A stretch of 64,000 bases of DNA. Origin: a virus. This document shows positions 13,801 to 20,320 of the stretch, piece by piece. The notes below the pieces were generated by a model, which saw only the letters and a program-made list of their open reading frames with translations, had not been told where the DNA came from and ran no database searches. The stretch lies in the IMG/VR virus record IMGVR_UViG_3300029309_000001, positions 32,001 to 96,000 of that record. The stretch is one strand, 5' to 3'. Within the stretch, counting starts at the first letter, position 1; each line of letters starts with the position of its first letter. A program made the position numbers and the translations under genes.

Positions 13801-16800
13801 TTCAGCAATTCTTTCAGCTACTAAATTCATTGCACCAGGATTAGTAATATTTTCAATAGCTCTAAAGTATTGTTGAGACCTTCCTTGTAAAAATTTATAG
13901 TCTACTATATCTTTTAATACTTCTTCTAAACTTTCTGATGTAATAAATTCTCCTTTTTGTTCTGCTAAGAAATTTAAATAAGCCATAAAGCTTGGTTTTA
14001 ATTTTCCTATCTTTCTTCTATCAAAAGTACCAACCCTTTTACTAGGACTAATTTTTGCTTTAAATCTTTTACCACCAATTTCTATAATGTTATCTCCTTG
14101 CACATCTGAACCTACTTCTTCATATTCTACTTCAGCACCTAATATAATATCAGTACCATCCTTATTAGTAGGAACAAAATTTTCTGGACTAGTTATAACA
14201 TCAAGGTAATTTTTTAATAATTTTAATTTTTCTTTTTTTGTTTCAATTAATTCATTTTGTTCTGCTGTTGTTGCTTCTACTGCTATTTCAGACTCTAACA
14301 TTTCTATTTCTGTCTTAAGAGCTTTAAGATCTAAAAGAACACTGATGTCTGAAGAGTTCATATTACTTATAGCAGAATCGTTTGATAATCTTTGAAATAT
14401 ACTATTGTTTCTTTCTAATGCTCTTTTAAATGTTTCTTCAGTATACATCATAAGTTTTGTAGAATGATCCCAAGCTATTTGTCTAAGAGCTTCTTCATTA
14501 TATTCTTTACTACCTTGTGTATATTGTGATGCATCAAACGGATTAGGATATTTATCTTTTACAAGAGTATATGCATTTTCATATATATCTATTTTATTAT
14601 TAAACTTATCTATTCTTTCTCTTAGCTTACCATTTTTTACTTCATTTTTAAATTCTGGAAATGCAGCTTTTAATTCTTTATCAGACATTTTTAACCAATC
14701 AGTAAGTAAACCTTTAAATTCAGTATTTGTTCCAGTTTCAAATAAATAATGTAATTGAGAAAAATAAGCTTGATCTTTGTCATCCATAAAAGATAACATA
14801 TCTGAAGCATATGAAGATTCTAATAATCTTTGATTTAATTGTTTTTGTTCTGTTGCATTTAATCTTGTTTTACCAAATAATCTCATTGGATCTTCTGCAA
14901 GATTATTAAAAGCATCAATTGCTTTTTCTAAGTAAGCTTCTTTATTTTTTTTGTATTCTTGATATTTTGCTTGTGTTTCTTGACTCCCATAATTACCTTT
15001 TGTCCATTGATATAGTCTAGGTAAATATTCTGTAAATGTTCTTTGTACAGGTTGCACTAACCCGCCCATTAAAAATCCAGACATAAATACTTCAAATCCT
15101 TGTGGGCTTATTTGTGCTTTAATTGCATCATTTAAACTGGCATCAAATAAAGTACTTGTTACTTGTGATGGATCTAAAAATAAACCAGTATAATAATCTT
15201 CTGCTGTTTTAGCAATTACTTCTTGAGATATTTCTTGAAAACCTTCTGCAAAATTAGCACCTGTATATCTTAATGCAAAAGCACCTGCAGCACCAAGACC
15301 TCCTTTAATACCTCTGTTTTTTAATCTTTGTAAAAAAGTTGCTCCTCCATCATATGCAATTCTTCCTCCAAGATCACCCGCTTCTTTTGCAGCTCTTGAT
15401 TGAGCTGGTCCTACTTTACTATTAGCAAATATTCTTTTACCCATACCACGTTGATGTCTTGCTAATAATCTTCCTAATCCACCTGGCATACCTCTAAGTA
15501 TTGTACCTAATACAATTCTATTTGACATATATATTAATGGTGCATTTGCTGTTACAGTAGCACTAGATGCAGCAAGAGCTTTTTGTTGAATATCTTCTAA
15601 TTTTTCCATAGGTGGTTTTTCACCATTAACTCTTACATAATCATGATAAAGTTTATCTATCATTTCATTGTATACTATACCTCCTTCTAATTTAGATTCT
15701 GCTATAGCAAGATTTATTTCTCTAAAGTCTCTATAAAAACCACCAAATGTATTATTAATACTTTTAACATTATGTAAACCACGCAATGTACCTTTAGTAG
15801 TATTAAGAGTTCTAAGGGCATGCATAGTATTAGGAGCTAGAAAATTTAAAGCACCTCTTCCAGTAACACTAAAAAACTGTCTTGCATTTTCTATTTGTTT
15901 AAGATCTTGCATAAGTTGTGCACCTGCACGTATTCTACTTCCTCCTGGTACATTAAAAAAACTTTGTTTTAACGCATCTCTGTATCTACCACCAAAACCT
16001 GTAAATGCTTTTCCAAGTCTACCTACATTAAACGCAGTTCTTGATGCTGCTGCTGGAGCCGCACCTCCTCCTGAAAGTGCTGTAACACCTGCTAATACTA
16101 TTTCTTCTGCAGCAATATTTGCAATAATACCAAATGTATATCCTGAGTTTAATAAAAATCTATTTGTAAATCCTCCTAAACCTTTTTTAGAAGAATTACC
16201 TATACGCATAGCATCAACAAAAGCTTGACCTCCATCTGTATCAGCACCTGTATAATTACCACTCATCCAATCTCCTATAGCATCATATGTAGATGTAAAA
16301 CCTGTTTGAAAAGTATTCCACATCTGTTTTCTAGCTCTTTGATTCTCATCCCAAAATGTAGCTTTAGAATTATATATTTCTTCATTATTCCTATAAGGAT
16401 GAAATCCTAATTGATCATATAAATTACTAGCATAAAATCTATCAAAATTTGTTTCTCTAATCCCCCACTCCATATCTGGTCTATAACCTGGAGCAGATGC
16501 ATTTTTATTTGGAGTAGTCATTGCATCATAAAATCCTTGTTGTAAGAATTTTGCTTTACCATCTTTTGTAGTTAAATCTGCTGGTGTATTTTGTTCATAA
16601 GGATTATATGTTTGAGTTGCTAATCCTGGTTGTGGCATTCTAATATTATTTAAACCAGTAATAGGTGCTACACTATTAATAGGAATAGAAGCCTGTTTTA
16701 GCATTGATTCAAAAATAGGATCAGGACGCATTAAAGCAGAAAGATCACCTGGAGTATTAGGTTGTGTATATACATCTACCACATCTTCAAAATTAATATC

Positions 16801-16935
16801 AGATACAGCAGGTACATTATTTTCCATGCCAGTACTCACAAGAGATTGAGAAGCAGGCATTTGATTATTAACAGGTGATTCAGGACCTGACGGAAGGTTT
16901 ATACCTTCTTGTGTAGTTTCATTTATTTCTGCCAT
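1879..16935 (-). CDS. Giant virion RNA polymerase polyprotein (crAss-like two-barrel vRNAP) with internal zincin domain and hydrophobic N-terminal region
   Basis: 5018 aa. GIRIPSQDKHS...GADFDIDKLY (DFDID at 5263-5277) is the DxDxD catalytic loop type of crAss-like/phi14:2 gp66 vRNAPs. Zincin KYHEAFH (10384-10398) has a downstream EEYLADKF. Gly/Ala hydrophobic helices lie in the first ~650 aa. Confidence 0.9.
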   Translation of the reverse strand: MAEINETTQEGINLPSGPESPVNNQMPASQSLVSTGMENNVPAVSDINFEDVVDVYTQPNTPGDLSALMRPDPIFESMLKQASIPINSVAPITGLNNIRMPQPGLATQTYNPYEQNTPADLTTKDGKAKFLQQGFYDAMTTPNKNASAPGYRPDMEWGIRETNFDRFYASNLYDQLGFHPYRNNEEIYNSKATFWDENQRARKQMWNTFQTGFTSTYDAIGDWMSGNYTGADTDGGQAFVDAMRIGNSSKKGLGGFTNRFLLNSGYTFGIIANIAAEEIVLAGVTALSGGGAAPAAASRTAFNVGRLGKAFTGFGGRYRDALKQSFFNVPGGSRIRAGAQLMQDLKQIENARQFFSVTGRGALNFLAPNTMHALRTLNTTKGTLRGLHNVKSINNTFGGFYRDFREINLAIAESKLEGGIVYNEMIDKLYHDYVRVNGEKPPMEKLEDIQQKALAASSATVTANAPLIYMSNRIVLGTILRGMPGGLGRLLARHQRGMGKRIFANSKVGPAQSRAAKEAGDLGGRIAYDGGATFLQRLKNRGIKGGLGAAGAFALRYTGANFAEGFQEISQEVIAKTAEDYYTGLFLDPSQVTSTLFDASLNDAIKAQISPQGFEVFMSGFLMGGLVQPVQRTFTEYLPRLYQWTKGNYGSQETQAKYQEYKKNKEAYLEKAIDAFNNLAEDPMRLFGKTRLNATEQKQLNQRLLESSYASDMLSFMDDKDQAYFSQLHYLFETGTNTEFKGLLTDWLKMSDKELKAAFPEFKNEVKNGKLRERIDKFNNKIDIYENAYTLVKDKYPNPFDASQYTQGSKEYNEEALRQIAWDHSTKLMMYTEETFKRALERNNSIFQRLSNDSAISNMNSSDISVLLDLKALKTEIEMLESEIAVEATTAEQNELIETKKEKLKLLKNYLDVITSPENFVPTNKDGTDIILGAEVEYEEVGSDVQGDNIIEIGGKRFKAKISPSKRVGTFDRRKIGKLKPSFMAYLNFLAEQKGEFITSESLEEVLKDIVDYKFLQGRSQQYFRAIENITNPGAMNLVAERIAERLKALYDTNQARVEKLVKKHVSDLEKNELINQLAGQGVYPDAEQVVLFFKEGIIPTIFHSEAGQVTPTDNREKWDTIQNLIKTWQKTDASESTVEAGDALNEDEITQNDQFDELARSVETPTTITEETNAVLISKWKNYVKNSTGQKGKILSWEEWQNSKEAKQIKEVRNELLNYYNTNLTADQRNEKSFDAWLFENKRSPEVYSIINSKGGTYTDYVITNADAVSEENLQDAKRAGDELISSEQGVNIMKKLVSGQSQDDDSFYYELVGNDLKTNLYEQYKSVDPNGKILRDNYLTEAEAIAAQKFIVGLLPDNSTFTFQGQDLHFKQILLDNNDNQFIVITTPTSFAKGGKLYLRPLETANDRKTSFQVDDIGLYRPLDTTSLKATTKEQNILKLRQSEPIKMYAFRQDNESAQDAEVRLSDRLKELTPEQLNDLKLKVSRNANFESFKETPGGALPELGTTEFKNPKLRIGGEELTVAVMNGEEILGFLQGPTGAVLLDNTLKNVVNPLNLTEDQVDEYFEIYNTTKTQTRTKAEQLQIIKNNYASSILLNDKLKELLGGETEVVVNVNNIKGLNLRVSPGKMMYATKDNAATFSELVKNTIDDKGNFWILDNRSDGKGGVITNITDDELYNKTAAIAEAASEQTGYNPAYTLSRYVAVTRLDNGTFTFVELKADQLTAEEQNDMVLKILNTQDETIQENINDADEVVSDTRNFAFNEQLKDEFYIFGKSGEFIDIEVTARGDIQVIYRSTKRKDKNGKPLKQTFTINENDVKGVKENTNPFNAFVQAINNKIKFKEASTDVKLKLKLNKDNFRKSIPKEATIQDLSNTLTNFQKPLRSNIRLEAVIADSAQINNVINSSVLPEGLTKDVQDAINDTDQVMLNAEMDSPELTPEYMRELFKNDYQNVEEATITLIARKLAKGENLSNAERTIYQNKKNPDIRESINLLKLTYQSGVIEEGASLDVDSTSATTSVEKSESKKTYEKLEELEQQREDYADKIFNDAFNNVVPDRSKATPEQIREANKAAQEAEDNDFTLKDYDRQIQDLKKKLAPKTVDQIRFGEEHIEKIDTFISWAKTNLPEFIQIQDIQDLSARLKGNGKTAGMFVLELNSLANNIEGNIYVGAQTPFKYHEAFHGVFRMLLSEAEIKKYLAIAKKEKRVQLRSEGKTLSQALNELKSSHSIYNNLTREQLEERLYEEYLADKFEEFKINAKSTKTNSEVKSLFNRIIEWIKAVIKNFTKNELTTLFENIDAGKYKTASVQNNRFTSEMVENGTTSAAPKVIPIDSYPYSYVDPFTGQEIVSLANTYMTANDQRKMIATIASLYRSYIERGDLLSLSKKEILDKAISDYIKLLNPRRDFYLSEQNGLAYKSIKRKLKSYYNSLKDNRDIIAENVSQYLSTFDNTFNLEQEAFEDHENLDETNVRRVDEYGKTANQIGGYTSLPQMLREFIATTVLEEQDLFGNKETLDGIPIVTTVDYNFAYNGILKALANKTTDLQMLQALATFSSTNVHTAAVVNNIFKEIGINDPSELLDLETLPAVANPNFLQKVIKGFNQFKVDYMMNHKDAETGVVYIYAANKKDDGNMQLDQWSEHFEQVYPQLLSNAGNKKAVDFLNLFRSKLVNPKERSRQKLDEEAKNASKNLYDLLGIQINAETIKYSMLSNKPIRKKWEDAIVELGIAAGADPISAEDITEIRNSISRGENLFLDNQTNIPENEIQEQNTAEELPESTGVRSRLRKLANTNSFFDESVGATVFRDSKGNFIYAHQMPTFHLVKVAEMNAKDWAQTKIKENTFFNKNYLLNNDKFLALVGEGKLKVTRFIGSKEGQLDENEFGTVVENRGLSINQKAGVSFGDSSSAEFAAVVINSYVEKYNRTNQEVPLNDYFNNETGKDDKYIEAPIDLKVMSDASTNDFVALPVEKFVEQDDAGDLKLTDKALNALVYNLLQSEYNRVKKELDPNTAETDTIELFNTSKIKKGVEVGHRGKRFVRSKGFITKRKSKIKALVDIQAPKMSNQTANDIVNNKQKIILRSGKAQAKINLPAGEQASVLLPYKVDNETKYANVVVKNRGLVSVSNIDPLAYIDQLGDAVSKKPIAGKKKQNTAKIDNTTYYFQRLEDAKFFNGLNLYAYEFITADTAEEANIETGVEEVQTTEGTEQQVEFFESDNFIEETLINAAKEGLNFDQAVERIGEDKLKDIIEERMLVDFFDFRRLLTNTKALDKISVEIKEGLGTMVRPQKGKRGKSFYQVTKKGREAMKLFNLKENDLDYNLLQIYMHQFINARSMNDVLLGDHARLFTSFTDESKRAKMQNAAGPNAASALTAPSLGITHTFNSNDSISLFTYHDPQSINKFAGTTTDETDAFMVGTVKAFRYMFFGIGRLSIEQANLLDKIQTGEPIGVDEMWGNVALGTEGYKKLNALINSKKFVYGDGQTYLKMSFFVLTPELTSYKDRFGQWQPLPQMEELHNLRMKMENFEKGKETVALAIPTSGSKMMKKNVISADEMYSNKSIEELQLEYGDRKIDTGLNPKFMRLQVVNPSNKIEIVDPRQMKQLVLSEQSDNVEVVINGKTTKLSEVREAYNKSVSAQTILRFKNRRNLVFDMGTALDEIGKSKDLGKTTPNLRSFLRYALAGLESSQAKTQMLEFFSFDEAGNPKYDLNNPITIEKFQQLFLAYFSKGILAGKQHGVSLALASSYGSKVMRVVKKLDENGQPLETEIIRMDAYKKNPSKYKPVDKFVNDKFVDLKIGDVILQELQHNVYDPKTKTYYSEFMMAPHHREVQKFIKPGDTIPQVVAEALGIRIPSQDKHSAISLRLVDFLPVYYGSTAMFPKELIEISGADFDIDKLYTALKEFYYKKGQFQEYGKGITEKDRYVDYIRYVISQANKKGSPINEAIVNWSTTDSPFLDAEEIEMMQDNMARETANQITLNVNAFNKAYDVRVINYIIQLNDQITDEQIVKLYNKNEDLYGALQSLGLPVTLKEYKDYVAKNGEPYEAAINNDILDQRIALVANEGVVKPIDNREIGYGNEPANLEPLYEIRDLLQAEFPEIADFANPEDVDPDSLLGLVETWASIKTGEGAIGAVVRPNVVLSMLGVNNIKIRNEALGPTGIVRFNRRTFDTFATPYTLDGKPKDKATRTQYAISALITMATDNAKERLADVLGINRSSLSIVASWTSLGVPLETSILILKNPVIKLGYDLALNKSKPTDPGIVSILKKRQRFLQLNYEINTQPVTDQVLRAAIKNDWVDPTQPLTQGFGKNITGQTPEEYSDKDASIEYAINQQIINGKRISDYVGYLGSLVDLLSGFGQSMESLDSKALDFKKLGLDLNNNDFKNLTDQNYMSITEGLDDSLTDGVPVPFDARPIIKGNDFRATYYKIFKEFTEDLIPAVFITRTKPFQRIKDTVLANMVNNSMIIDPKRKLQIEKDILSYLTIKAYRQFLMNTPNGIQKLGSLQNGMIYDDIGGENTLTIEEVVSSIRNYFASKGQENYFIDKFVYLDLASNENNKAGLNRLKGNNWTKMSDTKAVDLQASFAEIYSIPALREHAYNLMHYLLVKDGMQFDRNTFLSAVPAFMFDQVLRAISTGHKMFKSNTASDTNLVFGMSQEELNNDFTQGYLKANKNGYLIPTVRRITKDTSNAAHIDSDGNLQLNIFNGVSSFINKKGQKVVKGKKFKLQRKGASIFVNTKSNEYKKLIANASYLSSIGIKFNRVEDQGRVYLEMILPLYLRNEYQDQFGSTYVNYFELNQVYREKRFSQTGDILNMLEGEENIVKGFQATYTPVELVGSNQNTAVAFVNGEVPTHDALKKKYKSDAVDNLIAGLDLKDLEEQLAGLDLSNIQDLYDQAVNTGENVQSTNKGITIDGKSLENTDLKKESDVTDVNIDQAPQEIQDQQLAATSMLLNMLNAKQNDKSSKSDTEIKKIRDWWADPATNRYEALNQTKRSNLEGLLEEFNNFDGTAERFIEIINNCK

Positions 16936-16942
16936 GTTAATA

Positions 16943-19900
16943 TTACTCTAACATATTATTATTTGTTAAATTAATAGCCTTCATTATTTCTTGATTTGAT
17001 GTGGCAATTTCATTTAACTTTGCTTCTTGAGTAGCTAGTACATTAGCTATTTGTGTTTGTGGTATTTGCATATTAGTTAATGTAACTTTTTCTCTACTTC
17101 CATCAGAACTAACATTCCAATACCAATCTTCATACATATAAACTCCTGGTGATACTTCAAATACAGTTATTTGTCCTCCATCTGGAACAGCTCTAGTTAT
17201 TCTTCCATCACTGCTTCTTAACTCAGCCATAATTCTTTGCTCAGTCATATTACCAGTTTTATATATATTATTGTCTAATTCTTTTTCAACTAATACAGTT
17301 ATTGTATAATCATTAGTAAATTGATTAGTACGTGGAACTATACCACTTGTTTTTTGATTACTTGCATTTCTTTTTTCTATATATTTTTCTGCCCATTCTT
17401 GTGGAAATGTTATTTCATATAATGCAGCATCTAATTTATCTCCACCACCATTTTTAGAATATGTAATGCTAAAATTAATACCATCTTTTTTAGGAGCATT
17501 ATCAGGGTTACCATAATTTGATGTAATATCAAAATATGCTTCATTTAAAACTTGCATAAGATTTTGATCAACTGAACCTAAAACTTCATCTTCTCCTGCA
17601 ATATATTGTTTACCTCCAACTACACTAAAAGTTCCTGCATCACCGTCTATTGTAGCTATCAAGTTATTAAAGAAATCTACAGCACCACCATTAAAATCAG
17701 CATCAGAAGCATGATCATATTGAAATGTATAAGTAGGAGAAGAATACATATCATCTCCCATCATAGGCATTCCTTCCATAGCTGCAGAAAAATTAAATCC
17801 AAACTTTTCTGAATTTTCTGCATTAGAAGTAACAGTGCTATTTATTTTGTTATACATATAATCATAATACTTTTCAGCATCTCCTTGCATATCTCCTCTT
17901 CGTCTTAAATCTTGGAATGGAACTGGATAATTATCTGCATTTTTTACTTCATTTTGAAATATTTCCCAATACTTCCCATAACCTTGCATTATATCATCAG
18001 TTCCAATATTCATTTGTGGATCAGGAGCAGAATCTGTACCCAAATCAGTACCAGGAAAATCAAATGGCATAGCCATGTAAGCTCCATATCCAACGCTCAT
18101 ATCATACATACCGTCTGCACCATAATCCATTGCTCTGTATGCATTAGGAGATTCTTTTCTAGCTTCTAGTATTTCATTATTCATTTGTTGAGTGGTTAAC
18201 TCATTCCATTTTTCAACATATCTATTAACCCATTCTTCTTTATTAATTAATATACCATTGTTATCAAATATAGAACCACCATCAACGGCTGCTTCTTCAA
18301 ATTCTGAATCAGTACCTACAAGCATTTTTTGTACATCCATTAATTTACTTTTAAACTCATCATTTTTTTCTGTAAAAAATGACATGTCTCCTTTTAAATT
18401 ATTCATGTCTGATTGAACTTTTATTTTTAAATCAGCTGGTAAAGTAGCATAAGATGGTAATTTATTTTCTGCATTATCTATCATATGCTTCATACCCATA
18501 TACATATTGTGAATTAAATCATAATCATTTAATTGATTAAATTCACTCCATGACATTGATTTTATATTTTCATATTCTGTAACATCTGGAGGAATTAAAT
18601 TAGGATTACCTTCTGGAGTTGTACTTGTTTTTTCTTCTGGTATTTCTCCTGGTATAAAATCACCATTTCCTGACATTAAATCCCTACTAAATATAGGAGT
18701 AAAAGAACTAGACTCAAGTCCTAGCTTAGGTGCATTTAAAAGATACATTTGTTTAATTATCTCTTTTCTTTGCTGCATAAGTTTCTCCATTACATCTAAT
18801 TGTTCATCGTATTGAATACCTATAAAATCTGATACTTCTGGATCTCCTTCTATGTTTGATGTTGCTAAATCTACATTACCTCCTGTAGTAGCTTCATTAC
18901 CTGAAGTTCTTCTTAATAAAGGAACTTTTGGTGTTGTAGTAACATTTTCTTGACTTTTTCTTAATTGTTCTAATCTGTCTTTTAATAATATTTCTTGTTT
19001 TCTATATTGATGTTCTGCCCACATTTTCCATTCAGGATTTAATTCCTGTTCTCTTGTCATTGTTTTTAATGCATAAGCAGAAGCGGATTGTAGCATATCA
19101 GAACCCATTTGATGACCCATAGCTACAGTATAAGCTTTAGTTAATAAATCTTTTAAATCAGAAGTTGGTGCAGTAACAGTTTCTAATTTAGATTTTTTAC
19201 TATTAATAGTTTCATCTAATATTTTTAATTCATCTAAAGATTTAATAAAATCAATATCTTGTTCTGATCCTGGTTTTATACCTATATCTTTTGCATAACT
19301 TTCCCAACTTTTAACAGTAACTTCTTTTTCATTTTTCATTTGATCTAAAGTTACTATTTCATTTTCCATTTTTGGAGTATAATTTTTAATGGTTGTATTT
19401 GCCCATTCTTTTTTTGCATTATCTTCTCCACCTAATCTTTCAGAATTTTCTTTAACAAAATTAGTCATATCAACAAAATTTCTTAAATGATATGCAGATT
19501 GTACTTTAGGATCATCAGCTAATCTTTCAGATACATATTCCAAAGCTAAATTTTTTGTTTCAGGAACTTCTATTTCTTTTCCATTTTTATCTTGTACTTT
19601 TATTATTCTACCAGTTGGTGCTGCTGTAATTAATGATCCACTCTTTTGTTTAATAATCCATTTATTATCTTGAGAAATTATTACATCTTCTACATCACCT
19701 AAACCAGAATCTTCTAATAGCATCATTGCTTGTTCAGCTAAATCTACATCTTCAACATATTGTGGTAGACCCATTGACATAGCTTTTCTTTGATCAGCAT
19801 TTTTAAATTGATCTTCCCATATCTTTAAACCTTGCATACCATAATCCCAGTATTTCTCTCTTACAGCTTTTATAGGACTATTTTTAAATGATTCTGCTTT

Positions 19901-20260
19901 TCTTCTTTGTTGTTTTAAAGTAGTTGTTGCTGTTAAATCTTTCATGATGTTTTCATTATCATAAAAAGGTTTAAATAGACCATAAGCTGCATCAACGTTT
20001 TCTTGCAATGATAGATCAAGACCAGAAATTTGTTTTACTTGTGGAGCAAGTTGTTTTGCATACTGATCTCTAACATATTTATTTTCATTTCTTGTTAGGT
20101 CAGCATGTACTACTTTTCCATAAACATTATTTAATTGTTGATAGTTTTTATCATACCTATCTTGTCTTACTTGTAGTACATCAGATAAAAATTTATAATC
20201 TGGTACAAAAGGTTGACTTTGTGGTAATTTATCTTCTAAGCCTGGTATATATGTTGCCAT
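16943..20260 (-). CDS. Large virion cargo/ejection protein, function unknown
   Basis: 1105 aa. Helical N-terminus (PFVPDYKFLSDVLQVRQDRYD) and position directly before the vRNAP match the crAss-like cargo block (synteny inference). Confidence 0.6.
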   Translation of the reverse strand: MATYIPGLEDKLPQSQPFVPDYKFLSDVLQVRQDRYDKNYQQLNNVYGKVVHADLTRNENKYVRDQYAKQLAPQVKQISGLDLSLQENVDAAYGLFKPFYDNENIMKDLTATTTLKQQRRKAESFKNSPIKAVREKYWDYGMQGLKIWEDQFKNADQRKAMSMGLPQYVEDVDLAEQAMMLLEDSGLGDVEDVIISQDNKWIIKQKSGSLITAAPTGRIIKVQDKNGKEIEVPETKNLALEYVSERLADDPKVQSAYHLRNFVDMTNFVKENSERLGGEDNAKKEWANTTIKNYTPKMENEIVTLDQMKNEKEVTVKSWESYAKDIGIKPGSEQDIDFIKSLDELKILDETINSKKSKLETVTAPTSDLKDLLTKAYTVAMGHQMGSDMLQSASAYALKTMTREQELNPEWKMWAEHQYRKQEILLKDRLEQLRKSQENVTTTPKVPLLRRTSGNEATTGGNVDLATSNIEGDPEVSDFIGIQYDEQLDVMEKLMQQRKEIIKQMYLLNAPKLGLESSSFTPIFSRDLMSGNGDFIPGEIPEEKTSTTPEGNPNLIPPDVTEYENIKSMSWSEFNQLNDYDLIHNMYMGMKHMIDNAENKLPSYATLPADLKIKVQSDMNNLKGDMSFFTEKNDEFKSKLMDVQKMLVGTDSEFEEAAVDGGSIFDNNGILINKEEWVNRYVEKWNELTTQQMNNEILEARKESPNAYRAMDYGADGMYDMSVGYGAYMAMPFDFPGTDLGTDSAPDPQMNIGTDDIMQGYGKYWEIFQNEVKNADNYPVPFQDLRRRGDMQGDAEKYYDYMYNKINSTVTSNAENSEKFGFNFSAAMEGMPMMGDDMYSSPTYTFQYDHASDADFNGGAVDFFNNLIATIDGDAGTFSVVGGKQYIAGEDEVLGSVDQNLMQVLNEAYFDITSNYGNPDNAPKKDGINFSITYSKNGGGDKLDAALYEITFPQEWAEKYIEKRNASNQKTSGIVPRTNQFTNDYTITVLVEKELDNNIYKTGNMTEQRIMAELRSSDGRITRAVPDGGQITVFEVSPGVYMYEDWYWNVSSDGSREKVTLTNMQIPQTQIANVLATQEAKLNEIATSNQEIMKAINLTNNNMLE

Positions 20261-20264
20261 GTTA

Positions 20265-20272
20265 CAAAAATA
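20265..20272 (-). promoter_or_regulatory. Bacteroidota housekeeping-sigma -7 element (TAnnTTTG)
   Basis: Minus strand reads TATTTTTG-TAAC-ATG immediately before the 20260 start. No clear -33 TTTG is visible. Confidence 0.45.
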
Positions 20273-20298
20273 CTAAAATTTATTAAGTTTTTAAAATT

Positions 20299-20318
20299 TA
20301 TAAAGGTAAACCTTTTAT
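20299..20318 (-). terminator. Weak hairpin after the 1123 aa gene
   Basis: Minus strand AAAGG-TTTA-CCTTT followed by ATAAATTTT. The stem is short and AT-rich. Confidence 0.3.
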
Positions 20319-20320
20319 GT

